Position numbers and translations under genes: made by a program. Under the pieces are notes generated by a model. It saw nothing but the letters and a program-made list of their open reading frames with translations. It searched no databases and was not told where the DNA came from. Shown one piece after another: positions 13,506 through 25,963 of a stretch of 64,000 nucleotides of DNA. Origin of the DNA: Dictyostelium discoideum (lineage: Eukaryota). The stretch's first letter is position 1. Every line of letters begins with the position of its first letter. Location: contig CM000152.2 in the NCBI GenBank assembly GCA_000004695.1, positions 6,144,001 to 6,208,000 on the forward strand. Direction: 5' to 3'.

Positions 13506-14371
13506 CTTAAATATACAAAAAAAAAATAAAAAAATAAAAAAATAAAAAAAATAAAAAAAAAAAAATAGAATGAAATGAAATAAAATAAAATAAAAAAAAG
13601 AAATACAGAATTTCTTTAAAGAAACTTATTTCGAAATTGTTTAAACAATCATACAGTTTAAAATTAAATAAATTGTTTTAAACCACCACTTTTTTTGAAC
13701 ACATGAAAATAAATAAGAAATAAAAATAAAAAGATAAAAAAAGATTTTTTTTTTTTTTTTTATTTTATAATTATTCTTGTCGTCAGTATTGTTACTATAA
13801 TTAATCCCATGAGTTTTTTTTTATTATTATTTTTAATTCTTTTATATTTGAGATGATTATTATTAATTAAATGACTTTGAGTTTTTTTTTTTATTTTTCT
13901 ATGCCCAAAATTACCATATTAATTTCAGCAGCCATATTAATTTCAGCCTAAAATAGTTGGTCTGTGCATGCCAAAATTAATATGGCTGCTGAAATTAATA
14001 TGGTAATTCTAGCAGACATAAGTCCCATGCCAAAATTACCATATTAATTTCAGCAGCCATATTAATTTTGGCATGGGACAACTATACTCGAAGGTGTCAC
14101 TTGTGACTTTAGATAGAAACATTTGAAAATATAGTAAAAATGGATAAAAAAAAAAGAAAATAAAATAATTAAAAAAAAACCAAATAATAAAAAGTTTCAT
14201 TCAATATATATATATTTTTTTAGTATTTATTTTATTTTAATAAAATATGTTAAAAATTATAATGTTTCAATTTTTAATATATTTATTATTTTTTTTTTAT
14301 TATTTTTTATTTTATTTTTTAATATATTTTGTTGTAGGGAATTTTTTTTGATATTTCGCTTTCTAAACGGC

Positions 14372-14424
14372 AGTGAATTTTTACACTAAAATACACTATT
14401 TATACATAGTGTAAAAATTCACTA
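14372..14424. repeat. Perfect 16-bp inverted repeat (AGTGAATTTTTACACT / AGTGTAAAAATTCACT) around a 21-bp loop. It is an isolated hairpin in AT-rich intergenic DNA.
   Basis: Direct reading of 14372..14387 and 14409..14424. Confidence 0.8.
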
Positions 14425-14733
14425 AAAATTTTTTTTTTTTTTTATAAATTAAAAACAATTTATTTAATCAAAATAATAAAAAAACTAATTTTGAACAATT
14501 ATTTGTTGTTTAAGAATTAAATAACAATTTAAATTGTTAGATTTGAGCCAATTTTTTTTATTTTTTTTATTTTTTTATTTTTTTTTTAATAATTTATAAA
14601 ATGGCATTGCAAACTTTTATTAAAATTTAATTGTGAGAAATTTTACTATTGTAATTTCACGGGAAAAAAAAACCTAGTAAAATGTTAAAATATAATTAAT
14701 TAAATTAAATTTTAATAAAAGTTTGTAATGCTA

Positions 14734-14925
14734 AATTTGAGAGTCATCTTACTCTCAAATTATTTAAATAATTTAATTTGAGAGTCATCTTACTCTCAAA
14801 TTATTTAAATAAATTTTTTATTTTTTTATTTTTTTTTTAATAATTTTTAAATAAATTGTTATTTAATTTTTATTAATTTATTTAAATAATTTGAGAGTCA
14901 TCTTACTCTCAAATTATTTAAAATA
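14734..14925. repeat. Three copies (two tandem, one 75 bp further on) of a 38-bp unit 'AATTTGAGAGTCATCTTACTCTCAAATTATTTAAATAA'. Each unit contains its own 9-bp inverted repeat (TTTGAGAGT/ACTCTCAAA). The last copy abuts the truncation point of a gene copy.
   Basis: Units are at 14734..14772, 14775..14813 and 14888..14925. The 3' half of the unit (ctcAAATTATTTAAAatacatac) resembles the end of intron 3 in intact copy 1 (ctctAATTATTTAAAatacatac at 20056..20078). Confidence 0.65.
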
Positions 14926-15686
14926 CATACTTGTATAGTTTATAAAAATTGGAATACCTTGATAAGTTGTATCATTTATTTGTTCATAAAGAGAATAATT
15001 TTGTAAACCAGCGTTTAAAACCGAAAGGTAACTAATGTATGTCATATTACCCTATTGATCAAGATATAGGACTTGGTAAAGTTGAAATTATTTGGTCACT
15101 TAAAAAAATCAATGGATTAATTGGTCTTTGTAATGATGATATTGATTTAAGTTTTATAACACTTCCCAAAAATAAATTAGTTTCGCAATGGCCATCATTT
15201 GGGAATTGGATTAATTCTACAATTTCTCCATTCTTATTACTATTTTTATATTATTTTAAATTAATACAAACTATATTAATAAAATGAATTTTTTAAAAAA
15301 AAAAATAAAAAAAAGCTTTTTTTTTTCTGGAATTGTTTAAAAAATCAATTTTATAAAAAATTATAAAAGTAATAAAATCTTATTTGTTATATTATATGGT
15401 ACTGAAATATTGACCAGAATTATTAAAAGATATTTCCCAATTAGAGTTTGATAATCTTGGAATATAAAAATTTTCATAATATCGAATTCTATAATAATTT
15501 TTACCAAGTGATACTAAATCAAATGAATAATAACTATCAATAGTATTAATTCTAGTTGAATCTAAAAAACCATTTAGTTTAACAATTGATGAAAATTTAT
15601 TAACTATACTCCATGTTACTTGTATTATTTCAATATTAAAATAGTAATAATAATAATGGTAATAAACAATTGTATTAGTTGTTTTG

Positions 15687-15729
<43 letters not shown>

Positions 15730-16092
15730 AAGAGATTTATAATTACTTTTACATTCATAATTAAATAAAAATGAACCTTTTGAATATCATTGTTTACAAA
15801 AAAGGTTGTTGAATAGTTTGAAAAATTAAGAACATAAAAAAGTTGATGAAGTTATATTTACTTCTATAAAAAAACAAGACATATTGTCACCATCTAATGT
15901 TTGTATAGAATCTGTAGTTTCATTTATTTTTTGAACTAAAAATAAAAGATTGTATGCCGGACAATATGCATTTGGTGTTAATTCTGGATAAAATATATTT
16001 ATTCTATCTAAATAAGTTATTGAATAATTTAGTCCTTTTATTAATAAAATAAATGATTATATTAAAAGGTTGATAATTCCAAGTTTAACCAT
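14922..16092 (-). pseudogene. Truncated 5' half (exons 1-3) of a family member. It begins with ATG (MVKLGIINLLI) but has an in-frame TAA in the signal peptide. Its 3' end is replaced by the palindromic tandem repeats.
   Basis: 14922..15290, 15380..15640 and 15740..16092 align to copy 1 exons 3, 2 and 1 (20079..20414, 20493..20768, 20895..21274) with introns in the same places. 'ATGGTTAAACTTGGAATTATCAACCTTTTAATATAA' contains a stop. No exon 4/5 homology lies downstream. Confidence 0.55.
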
Positions 16093-16372
16093 TTTAAAAG
16101 TAGAATTGTTTAATGTTTTTTTTGTTTTAAATTCGACCCGAGAGGAATTTTAAAATTTGTGAAAAAAATTTTTGGGGAAAAAAAAAAAAAAAATTTAATC
16201 GTAAATCCAAATGCTCAAATTTTTAAATTCCATCAAGCCAAACTTCGAACAAAAAAAAAATAGGATTTTTTTTTCTAAAAATAAAGATATTTTTTGGGCG
16301 TGAAATAGATAATTAAGTCTAATAGTCATTTTTTTTTTTTATTAATAATAAAAATTTTTTAATTGAATTTTT

Positions 16373-16419
<47 letters not shown>

Positions 16420-16619
16420 AGGAATATTCAATAAAACAATCAATTTAAAGAATAAAAAAAAAAAAATAAAAAAAAAAAAAAACAAAAAAAAGAGAATAAT
16501 TTTTGTCTGTTTGTAAAGGATTTATTTATTTATTTATTTTTTATCAATAAAATAAATAAAAAAAAAAAAAAAGAATAATTTTTGGTTTGCAAAGGATTTA
16601 TTCGTTTTTTTCTTTTTTA

Positions 16620-19183
16620 TCAATAAGTCTTCTTTGATTTTTTGAAGATTTTATAAATAATGATTCTAATATGAATTGATTTTGAGAAGAGAATTATTCC
16701 AACAATTATAACTAAAACTATGAAAAATACAATAGAACCAACAATAATACCAGCTAGTTGACTTTTGGTTAAAGATGATCCGGATGATGAGCAAATTGAA
16801 TTTGGGGAATTAGAATTTACAGCTTGATTATCTAATAAAAGTGAAAAATCAGGATCTATAATTACAGAGGTTTCATATTGACCAACCACAATACCAATAT
16901 ATGATTGTACATTATTTTCATTTGATATTGAATTTAATTTTGAATCTAATAATTCATTTGCGATTGTTACTGTTTCACCATCAACAATACCACGTTTTAA
17001 GAATCTACCATAAATACTATTACTTGAAACTTGAAGTTTAATATAATTTGAATTATCTAATGTTGTATCACCAAATTCTTTACCTGAACAAATATCTTTT
17101 TCATTTGATTGAATTTGAGCTTCAATTATAACTTGTAAATTATTTAATTTATTTGAGAATTTATATGATGATAATTCTACTGTATATTTAATTGTTGATG
17201 GATTCATTATTAATTCTTGATTTGCAAATGTAATATTACTTTTTTTTTCAAACCATTCTAATGTTACATTAATTGTTGTTGTTATGTTATTATTTATAAT
17301 TGTTGATTGATAATTTGATATTGTTGATGAAATACTATTATAATACCATTTATCAATATAATGAATTTTAACTTGTTCACCATTGATTGAGTTAACTTCT
17401 CTAATTGCTATAATTGATATGTTACTTGTAACTTGGTAATTATTATTAACATTACTAGAATTATTATTTTTATTATCAATAATTGTAGTTGGTTTATCTT
17501 CATTTGGTTTTGGTTGTGGTATAATTATAACTTTAGAGCTACAATCTAAGCCAACATAAGGAGAAAAACAAATACAACCAACATTTTCTTTACAATAACC
17601 TTTTTCTGAACCGCCACATACTGGATTACCTAAACAAATTTGAGGTTTATTAGTTGGTGTTGGTGTTGGAGAAATGGTACTTGTTGGTGTTGGAGTTGGT
17701 GCTGAATAATTGAAATAATAAACTTTTGGGAAAATAGTAAAAGTGTTTGATAGAATAGTTGGTTGCTGAATATTGGTTAAATGTACATTGATTGAATCGT
17801 TTGTTGGTTTAATATTTTTAATTAAAATTACAGAATCACTCGGTACTGTCATTGCTGAAGAATAAGATTCACCATTACTTGATAATATCACAACTTTATT
17901 GGTTGATTTAAAACCTCTACCATATAACCAAAGATCACCACCATCATTATCTATAGCAGATGAGTCAGTAATGATTGGTTGAGTTACTGAAAACTCTTTT
18001 GTTTCTACAAACCAAGTAAAACCTGAATCTTTTAAATCACTTGCGCTATAACCTCTATATGATCCACCTCTATTAATAAATCCATAAACTGAAATTAAAA
18101 ATCCATATGGATGTGAAAATCCAATTGGTACTTCCATTGTGCATGTGTATTCAATATCTGTTCTATTCTTTGTAACAATGGTTGAAATACATTCATGAAT
18201 TCTTGAATTCATATCTGTTATATATACTATTGGATATTGATCATCTTTTAAACCGTCTAAATCCTGTGCATCAAAATCAAATACTATTAATCTATCTAAT
18301 GACCCAACATCAATAGATGATCTTGATACCCAAAATCTTTTTAACTCTGGTAGTGGTGAATCAATTTGATTACACATATTTAATGTTGAAACTTGTAATA
18401 TTGACATATCATTAAGATAATTAATAAATGGATTCGCACTTGAGTCAAGGCTAATTTGCCCATCCAATTCAATATTTGTAAGACGTTTATAATATTTATT
18501 TACATTACCAAATGTATCAATGAAAACTGCATAATAAATTTCATAATTTTGAGGTACACAATCATTTAAAATATATGGTATACTTATTATATAATTTCCT
18601 TTCCATTTATCACCACTACCAACTACCATATCACTTAATTCCAATGTATAATTATATAATGAACTATCAATCGAACCTCTAATAGTAACATATCCATCTT
18701 TGAAACCATTAATTTCATCTTCAATTGTAAATAACCATCCTAATGTTGTGTCTGGATATTTAACTATACTTGTAACTATTGGACCATAACTATCGAATTT
18801 TGTATTATCAATTCTTAATTGGTATTCATCAGATAATTGAGTATTAAGTATATAATTCTCTTTATTAAATATTAACATCCAATCTAAAACACCTGGTGAT
18901 GTATTTGCTGGTATTTTAAATTTAATATAAAATCTTGAATTTATTTCATCCCAAATTGCAAAACTGTAAACTGAGTTTAAAATACTAACTTGATTATATT
19001 CATTAATAAAATCACTATCTTGTAGTGTTCTTGGGTCAGTTAATGTAAAACCAATTGGTAAATTCTTATAATTATCTATATTATTAAAACTAAAATATAT
19101 TATATTATCAACTATTTGATCTGTAATATCAACATCATTAAACATAAAAGAAATATCTTTTATATCTTTTAAATGGTCAACAC
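16620..19183 (-). CDS. Exon 5 (about 855 aa) of family copy 1, a large type I membrane glycoprotein. It has a roughly 550-aa ectodomain including an IPT/TIG-like segment ('PIITDSSAIDNDGGDLWLYGRGFKSTNKVVILS'), (TP)n linkers, the EGF-like module 'CLGNPVCGGSEKGYCKENVGCICFSPYVGLDCSS', a juxtamembrane domain, a TM helix and a basic tail 'KIFKKSKKTY'.
   Basis: An 841-aa ORF is preceded in frame by a CTATAG acceptor at about 19184. Domain calls come from cysteine spacing and hydropathy read from the translation. Paralogues elsewhere in the window conserve the same blocks. Confidence 0.7.
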
Positions 19184-19265
19184 CTATAGATTATTTAATT
19201 TTTTTTAATTATTTAATTAGTTGGTAAATTATATTAAAATTTTCAATTTTTTCAATTTAACTTAC

Positions 19266-20833
19266 TTTTTAATTGTATTGAAGGGAAAATTACTTGAATA
19301 GTATGTGATAAAATGGAGTAGTCTCGATTTGGACTATAAACTGAAGATGAGTCTAAGTGATTATAAAAACTTATTGAATTTTTTGTTGAACCATATTTAA
19401 CGGCATCGTATAATATTTCAAAAACACCATTTTTAATATCACCAGAAATCAATGAGTCTACATGAAATTCCAAAACATTATTATCAATAATAGTTTGAAA
19501 ATAATTTAAACCATATGTATCTGATATCATAAATCTAATTAAATAATTAAAATTATTTAAATATATGGTTTCATATGATTTTAAGATTGGTTTAGTTGTG
19601 TCATTGACAAAACTTGAAGGTGTCACTCGCAACTCTGGGCCATTTCCAGAAAGAAAGGTCATATGCAAGTAAAAATAATTTTTATTTGAAAAACCACGAG
19701 TTGGTAAAGACATTTTTATTTTGTAGTTTAAATTGTTTCCACTTGAAAATCCAAATGGAAATACTTGATATTTATTATCACCAAATATACCATCCCCATA
19801 GGAATACTTTAAGTATTGAGAATCATACTTGAATCCAATGTCACTATAAGACAATTCAAATGAATATAATGACATTGAACTAGTACTATTATCAACAGTT
19901 GTATTTATTATTGAAGATATTAAACCTTGATCAATTTGGCCTTTTCCAAAAAATTAAAAAAATTAAAAAAACAAGAAAATAAAAAAAAACATGAATTAGA
20001 ATTGTGTTTTAATTTTAATTAATAATAACAATAATAAAAATAATAATAATTTGCACTCTAATTATTTAAAATACATACTTGTATAGTTTATAAAAATTGG
20101 AATACCTTGATAAGCTGTGTTATTTATTTGTTCATAAAGAGAATAATTTTGTAAACCATCGTTTACAACCGAAAGGTAACTAATGTATGTCATATTACCT
20201 ATTGATCCAGAAATAGGTCTTGGTAAAGTTGAATACACCGAGTTAATTAAAACCAATGGATTAATTGGTCTTTGTAATGATGATACTGAATTAAATTTTA
20301 TAACACTTCCAAACAATAACATAATTTCACAATTGCGGCCATTTGGAAATTGGATTAATTCTACAATTTCTTCATTCTTATTACTATTTTTATATTCTTT
20401 TAAATTAATACAAACTATATTAATAAAATGAATTTTTAAAAAAAAAAAAAAAAAAAAATTAATTTTAAAAAATAATAATAATAAAATCTTACTTGTTATA
20501 TTATATGGTACTGAAATTGTTATTATTGTACCAGAATTACTAAAAGATATTTCCCAATTAGAGTTTGATAATCTTGGAATATAAAATTTTTCATAATATC
20601 GAATTCTATAATAATTTTTACCAAGTGATGTTAAATCAAATGAATAATAACTATCAATAGTAGTAATTATAGTTGAATCTAATAAACCATTTAGTTTAAC
20701 AATTGATGAAAATTTATTAACTATACTCCATGTTACTTCTTGTATTATTTCAATATTAATTTCATATCCTTATTATATTAATATTAAAATAGTAATAGTA
20801 ATAATAATAAATTGTATTAGTTATATATTTTGG

Positions 20834-20893
<60 letters not shown>

Positions 20894-21274
20894 CAGATTT
20901 GAGATTTATAATTCCTTTTACATTCATAATAAAATAAAAGGGAACTTTTTGAAATATCATTGTTAACATTAAAGGTTGTTGAATATTTGAAAAAATTAAG
21001 AGTTGCATATTCTGAGCAAAAAAAAGTTGATGAAGTTATATTCCTTCTATAAATAAACAAAACTGATTGTCACTACCTAATGTTTGTATAGAATCTGCAG
21101 TTTCATTTATTTTTGAACAAAGAATAAACGTTGGTATGAAGAACAATATGGATGTAATGTTTGTTCTGGATAGAATATATATATTTTATCTAGATAAGTA
21201 ATTGAATAATCTTGTCCTTTTATTAATAAAATAAATGTTAATAAAAAAAGCCTGATTATTCCAAGTTTAGCCAT
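19266..21274 (-). CDS. Upstream exons 1-4 of the same gene. Exon 4 is 19266..19940, exon 3 is 20079..20414, exon 2 is 20493..20768 and exon 1 is about 20895..21274 with the signal peptide MAKLGIIRLFLL… Exons 2-4 are open and phase-consistent. Exon 1 shows 1-nt and 4-nt indels relative to the paralogues, which create stops.
   Basis: Donors are GTAAGT (19265), GTATGT (20078) and GTAAGA (20492). Acceptors are AG at 19941, 20415 and 20769. Exon lengths satisfy phase (675, 336, 276). Exon 1 reads '...SSYQRLFFVQK*' because of a 1-nt shorter poly-A run than copy 3. A second 1-nt loss and a +4 insertion follow. Confidence 0.45.
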
Positions 21275-21774
21275 TCTAAAAGAAGAATTGTTTGATGGTT
21301 TTTTTTTATTATTTTCAGTTTGAACAAAAAAAATATGGTGAAAAATAAAAAATATTATAAAAAAAAAAAAAGTTTTTTGTAAAAACCAAATAAAAAAATA
21401 ATTTTTTTTTTTTATTTTTTTTTGTAAAAATAAGATATTTATAAAAGGGGCATTTGATCAAAAAAAAAAAAAAAAATCATACACAAAATTTTTTGAGATA
21501 TTTATTTTTATAAAAAATATCTCAAAAAAAAAAAAAGTTAACAGTAATATTTTTTATTTGTTTATTTTTAATGTTTTTGGTAATAAAAATTAATAAAAAC
21601 ATTTAAAATTATATTATATTTATTAAATAAAAAAAAAAAAAAAAAAAATAACTATTTCTTAATGTTTTGAACAAAAATTTTTTTTTTTTTTTTATTTAAT
21701 ATATATAATATAATTTTAATTTTAATGTTTTTATTAATTTTTATTACCAAAGAAGTCTCCTAAGGAAATTGCTG

Positions 21775-21809
<35 letters not shown>

Positions 21810-21918
21810 AACAGAAATATTTAATAAAGAATTTAATTTAAAGAATAAAAAAATGTTTAGAAAAAAAAAAAGAATTTTTGTTGGTCTGTAAAGGATTTAT
21901 TTTTTTATTTCTTTTTTA

Positions 21919-24900
21919 TCAATAAGACTTTTTTGATTTTTTGAAGATTTTATAAATAATGATTCTAATACGCACTGATTTTGAGAAGAGAATTATTCCA
22001 ACAATTATAACTAAAACAATGAAAAATACAATAGAACCGACAATAATACCAGCTAGTTGACTTTTGGTTAAAGATGATTCGGATGATGAGCAAATTGAAT
22101 TTGGAGAATTAGAATTTACAGCTTGATTATCTAATAAAAGTGAAAAATCAGGATCTATAGTTACAGAGGTTTCATATTGACCAACCACAATACCAATATA
22201 TGATTGTACATTATTTTCATTTGATATTGAATTTAATTTTGAATCTAATAATTCATTGGTGACTGCCACTGTTTTACCATCAACAATACCACGTTTTAAG
22301 AATCTACCATAAATACTATTACTTGAAACTTGAAGTTTAATATAATTTGAATTATCTAATGTTGTATCACCAAATTCTTTACCTGAACAAATATCATTTG
22401 TCAATATAATGAATTTTAACTTGTTCACCATTGATTGAATTTACTTCTCTAATTGCTATAATTGATATATTACTTTTAATTTGATAATTATTAACATTAC
22501 TAGAATTACTATTGCTATTATCAATAGCTGTAGTTGGTTTATCTTCATTTGGTTTTGGTTGTGGTATAGTAATAACTTTAGAGCTACAATCTAAGCCAAC
22601 ATAAGGAGAATAACAAATACAACCAACATTTTCTTTACAATAACCTTGTTTTGAACCACTACATACTGGATTACCTAAACAAATTTGAGGTTTATTAGTT
22701 GGTGTTGGTGTTTAAGTTGGAGTTGAAGTTTGAGTTTGAGTGGGTGTTGGTGTTGGAGTTGGAGTTGGTACCGAGTAATTAAAATAATAAACTTTTGGGA
22801 AAATAGTAAAAGTATTTGATAGAATAGTTGGTTGCAGTGTGAAAATCCAATTGGTACTTCCATTGTGCATGTGTATTCAATATCTGTTCTATTCTTTGTA
22901 ACAATGGTTGATATACATTCATGAATTCTTGAATTCATATCTGTTATATAAACTATTGGATATTGGTCATCTTTTAAACCGTCTAAATCATGTGCATCAA
23001 AATCAAACGTTATTAATCTATCTAATGACCCAACATCAATAGATGATCTTGATACCCAAAATCTTTTTAACTCTGGTAGTGGTGAATCAATTTGATTACA
23101 CATATTTAATGTTGAAACTTGTAATATTGACATATCATTAAGATAATTAATAAATGGATTCGCACTTGAGTCCTTGTAATTTGGTGGATTTAAATCAAAA
23201 TTTGTTTGACGTTTATAATATTTATTTCTATTACCAAATGAATCAATGAGAACTGCATAATAAATTTCGTAATTTTGAAATACAAAATCGTTTAAAATAT
23301 ATGGTATACTTATTATATAATCTCCTTTCCATTTATCACCGCTACCAACTACCATATCACTTAATTCCAATGTATAATTATATAATGAACTATCTACTGA
23401 ACCTCTAATAGTAACATATCCATCTTTGAAACCATTAATTTCATCTTCAATTGTAAATAACCATCCTAGTGTTGTTGTCAAGCTATGATCTTGATATTTA
23501 ACTATAATTGTAACTATTGGACCATAACTATCGAATTTTGTATTATCAATTCTTAATTGGTATTCATCAGGTAATTGAGTATTAAGAAAATGATTCTCTT
23601 TATTAAATACCAACATCCAATCTAAAACACCTGGTGATGTATTTGCTGGTATTTTAAATTTAATATAAAATCTTGAATTGATTTCATCCCAAATTGCAAA
23701 GCTGTAAACTGAATTTAAAGTATTAAATACTTCAAAGTTAATTCCATTATAGAAGTCACTATCTTGTAATGTTCTTGGATCGATTAATGTAAAACGAATT
23801 GGTAAATTCTTATAATTATCTATATTATTAAAACTAAAATACATTATATTATCAACTATTTGATCTGTAATATCAACATCATTAAACATAAAAGAAATAT
23901 CTTTTACATCTTTTAAATAATTAACATCTACATATTATTATTTATTAAGAATAAAGTAATAATAAATTATAGTTAATAGTTTTATTCATAAATATCGTCA
24001 TTTTTTTTTTTTTTTTTTTTTTACTTACTTTGTTCTATAGTTGGTAAATTAATTCTTAAATTTGGAGTTTCAATAGAGAAAGGTTGATTTTGGTTAAATA
24101 ACGATGACTTATCTAAATGATTATAAAAATAATATGAATTACTTGTTGAACCATATTTAATGACATCATAAAATATTTCGAAAACACCATTTTTAATATC
24201 ACCAAAAACCAATGACTCTACATAAAATTTAATTATTTTATTATCAATATTGACTTGAATAAAATTCAAACCATATGTATCTGATATTGTAAATCTAATT
24301 AAATAATTAAAATTATTTAAATAAATAGTATCAAATTCATTTAAAGTTGGTATGAAATTATTATTATTATTATTATTGATTAAATTTGAATGTGAAACTT
24401 GTAATGCCAAACCATTACTACCACCATAATCTGTCATTTGCAAAATAAAATATTGTTGACTTGAAAAACCACGATTTGGAACAGACATTTTCATAGTGTA
24501 GTTTAAATTATTTCCACTTGAAAATCCAAATGGAAATACTTTGTATTCATTCTCAGATTCTCTATTACCTCCTCCTCCTCCACTAAAATAGGTATACCAT
24601 TGAGAATCATATGTGAAATTAAAATCACTATACATTAATTCTAATGTATAAAATGGCATTGAACTATTACTATAATCAACACTTGTATACTTTATTAACT
24701 GTTTTAAAGAATAAGAATTTAAAACTTTTTATAACATTGGTTAGACCGATAATGATAAAAATAATGATAATATTAAAAAATACATACTTGTATAGTTTGT
24801 TGGAATTTGAATAGTTTGTAATGTTGAATCATCTTTTTGTTTATAAAGGGTATAATATTGTAAATAACTATATAAAACTGAAAGGTAATCAATGTAAGTG

Positions 24901-25105
24901 ATATTACCAATTGATCCAGATATTGGTCTTGGTAAAGATGATATTAAGATGTTGTTATTTAAAACTAATGGATTAACTGGTCTTTGTAATGATGATGTTG
25001 ATTTAAATTTTATAACACTTCCAAAAATATTTAAAACTTTACAAGTTCCATCTTTTGGAAATTGAACTAATTCATTAATCTCTTCACTATTTTTAAATTC
25101 TATAG

Positions 25106-25169
<64 letters not shown>

Positions 25170-25963
25170 ATTTTAAAAAATGAATACTAAATATTAATTA
25201 AAATTAATAATAATAATAATAATAATAAATTCTTACTTACTTGTTATATTATATGGTGTTGAAATTGTAATATTTGTACCAGAATTGTTAAAAGATATAT
25301 CCCATTTAGTTTTTAATAATCTTGAAATAAAATAACCTTCATAATATAGAATTCTATAATAATTTTTACCAAGTGATATTAATTCAAATAATTCTCCATC
25401 ATCACCATTATCAAGTAAATTAATAATAGTTGAATCTAATAAACCATTTAAATTTACAATTGATGAATATTTATGTACTATACTCCATGTTACTTCTTGA
25501 ATTATTTCAATGTTAATGCTAAATTCTAAAAAAAAGATTAGTGACATATATATATATAAATTATAAAATAATGAATGGTATTATAATTATAATTACTTTT
25601 ACATTCATAATTAAAAGTGAACCTTTTGAAATATCATTGTTTACAAAAAAAGAAATACTTGAGTTTGTTGAAAAATTGATATTTTGATTTTCAAAGCATA
25701 AGAAAATTGATGATGTTGAATTTCCAACTATTAATGAACAAACTTGATTATCAATACCACTTAATTTAGTAATTGGATTTGCAGTAACACTTGTTTTTTT
25801 AACTAAAATATAATATTGAGGTATTTCACATTATTTATTTGATGTTTTGGTTGGATAGAATGTATTTGTGTTATCCAAAAAACTTAAGATGTAATCTTGA
25901 CCTTTTACTAATAAAATAAATAATAATAATAAAAAAAGAATTAAAATTCTGAGTTTAGCTATC
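21919..25963 (-). pseudogene. Tandem paralogue (copy 2) of the 16620..21274 gene, now decaying. The start codon is mutated (ATA), exon 1 has an in-frame TAA, and exon 5 has a roughly 250-bp and a roughly 330-bp deletion plus a TAA (22710..22720).
   Basis: ORFs 21919..22431, 22675..23889, 24021..24659 and 25233..25547 are each over 85% identical to segments of copy 1 but are in different frames. 22431..22445 jumps from the copy 1 equivalent of about 17095 to about 17350. 22830..22850 jumps from about 17765 to about 18110. 'ATAGCTAAACTCAGAATTTTA' aligns to 'ATGGCTAAACTTGGAATAATC'. Confidence 0.65.

Larger units (their letters stand above)
11892..14080. mobile_element. A 2,189-bp terminal-inverted-repeat (DNA-transposon-like) insertion with a perfect 6-bp target-site duplication 'ACTATA'. 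The termini are 'TGTCCCATGCC...GGCATGGGACA'. Each terminal 60 bp is itself a hairpin-forming palindrome, backed by sub-terminal inverted repeats of about 180 bp. The interior has an (AAT)n microsatellite and a minus-strand ORF.
   Basis: Left flank ...gtcattgACTATA|tgtcccatgccaaaattacc... and right flank ...ggtaattttggcatgggaca|ACTATActcgaaggtgtcac. The flanks are contiguous in the uninterrupted paralogue at 19600..19640 (gtcattgac-aaaact-tgaaggtgtcac). 11953..12110 is the reverse complement of 13840..14020. Confidence 0.6.

Noticed and set aside
14734-14925. Possible CRISPR-like array (short palindromic repeats)
   Set aside because: Only three units, the spacers are AT filler, and this is a eukaryotic genome. 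The units match local intron sequence. Not CRISPR.
15039-15287. 82-aa plus-strand ORFs conserved at 15039..15287 and 20183..20431
   Set aside because: They lie antisense to exon 3 of the family gene. Conservation is explained by DNA identity of the paralogous exons. The minus frame is the one that connects to flanking exons with proper splice sites.
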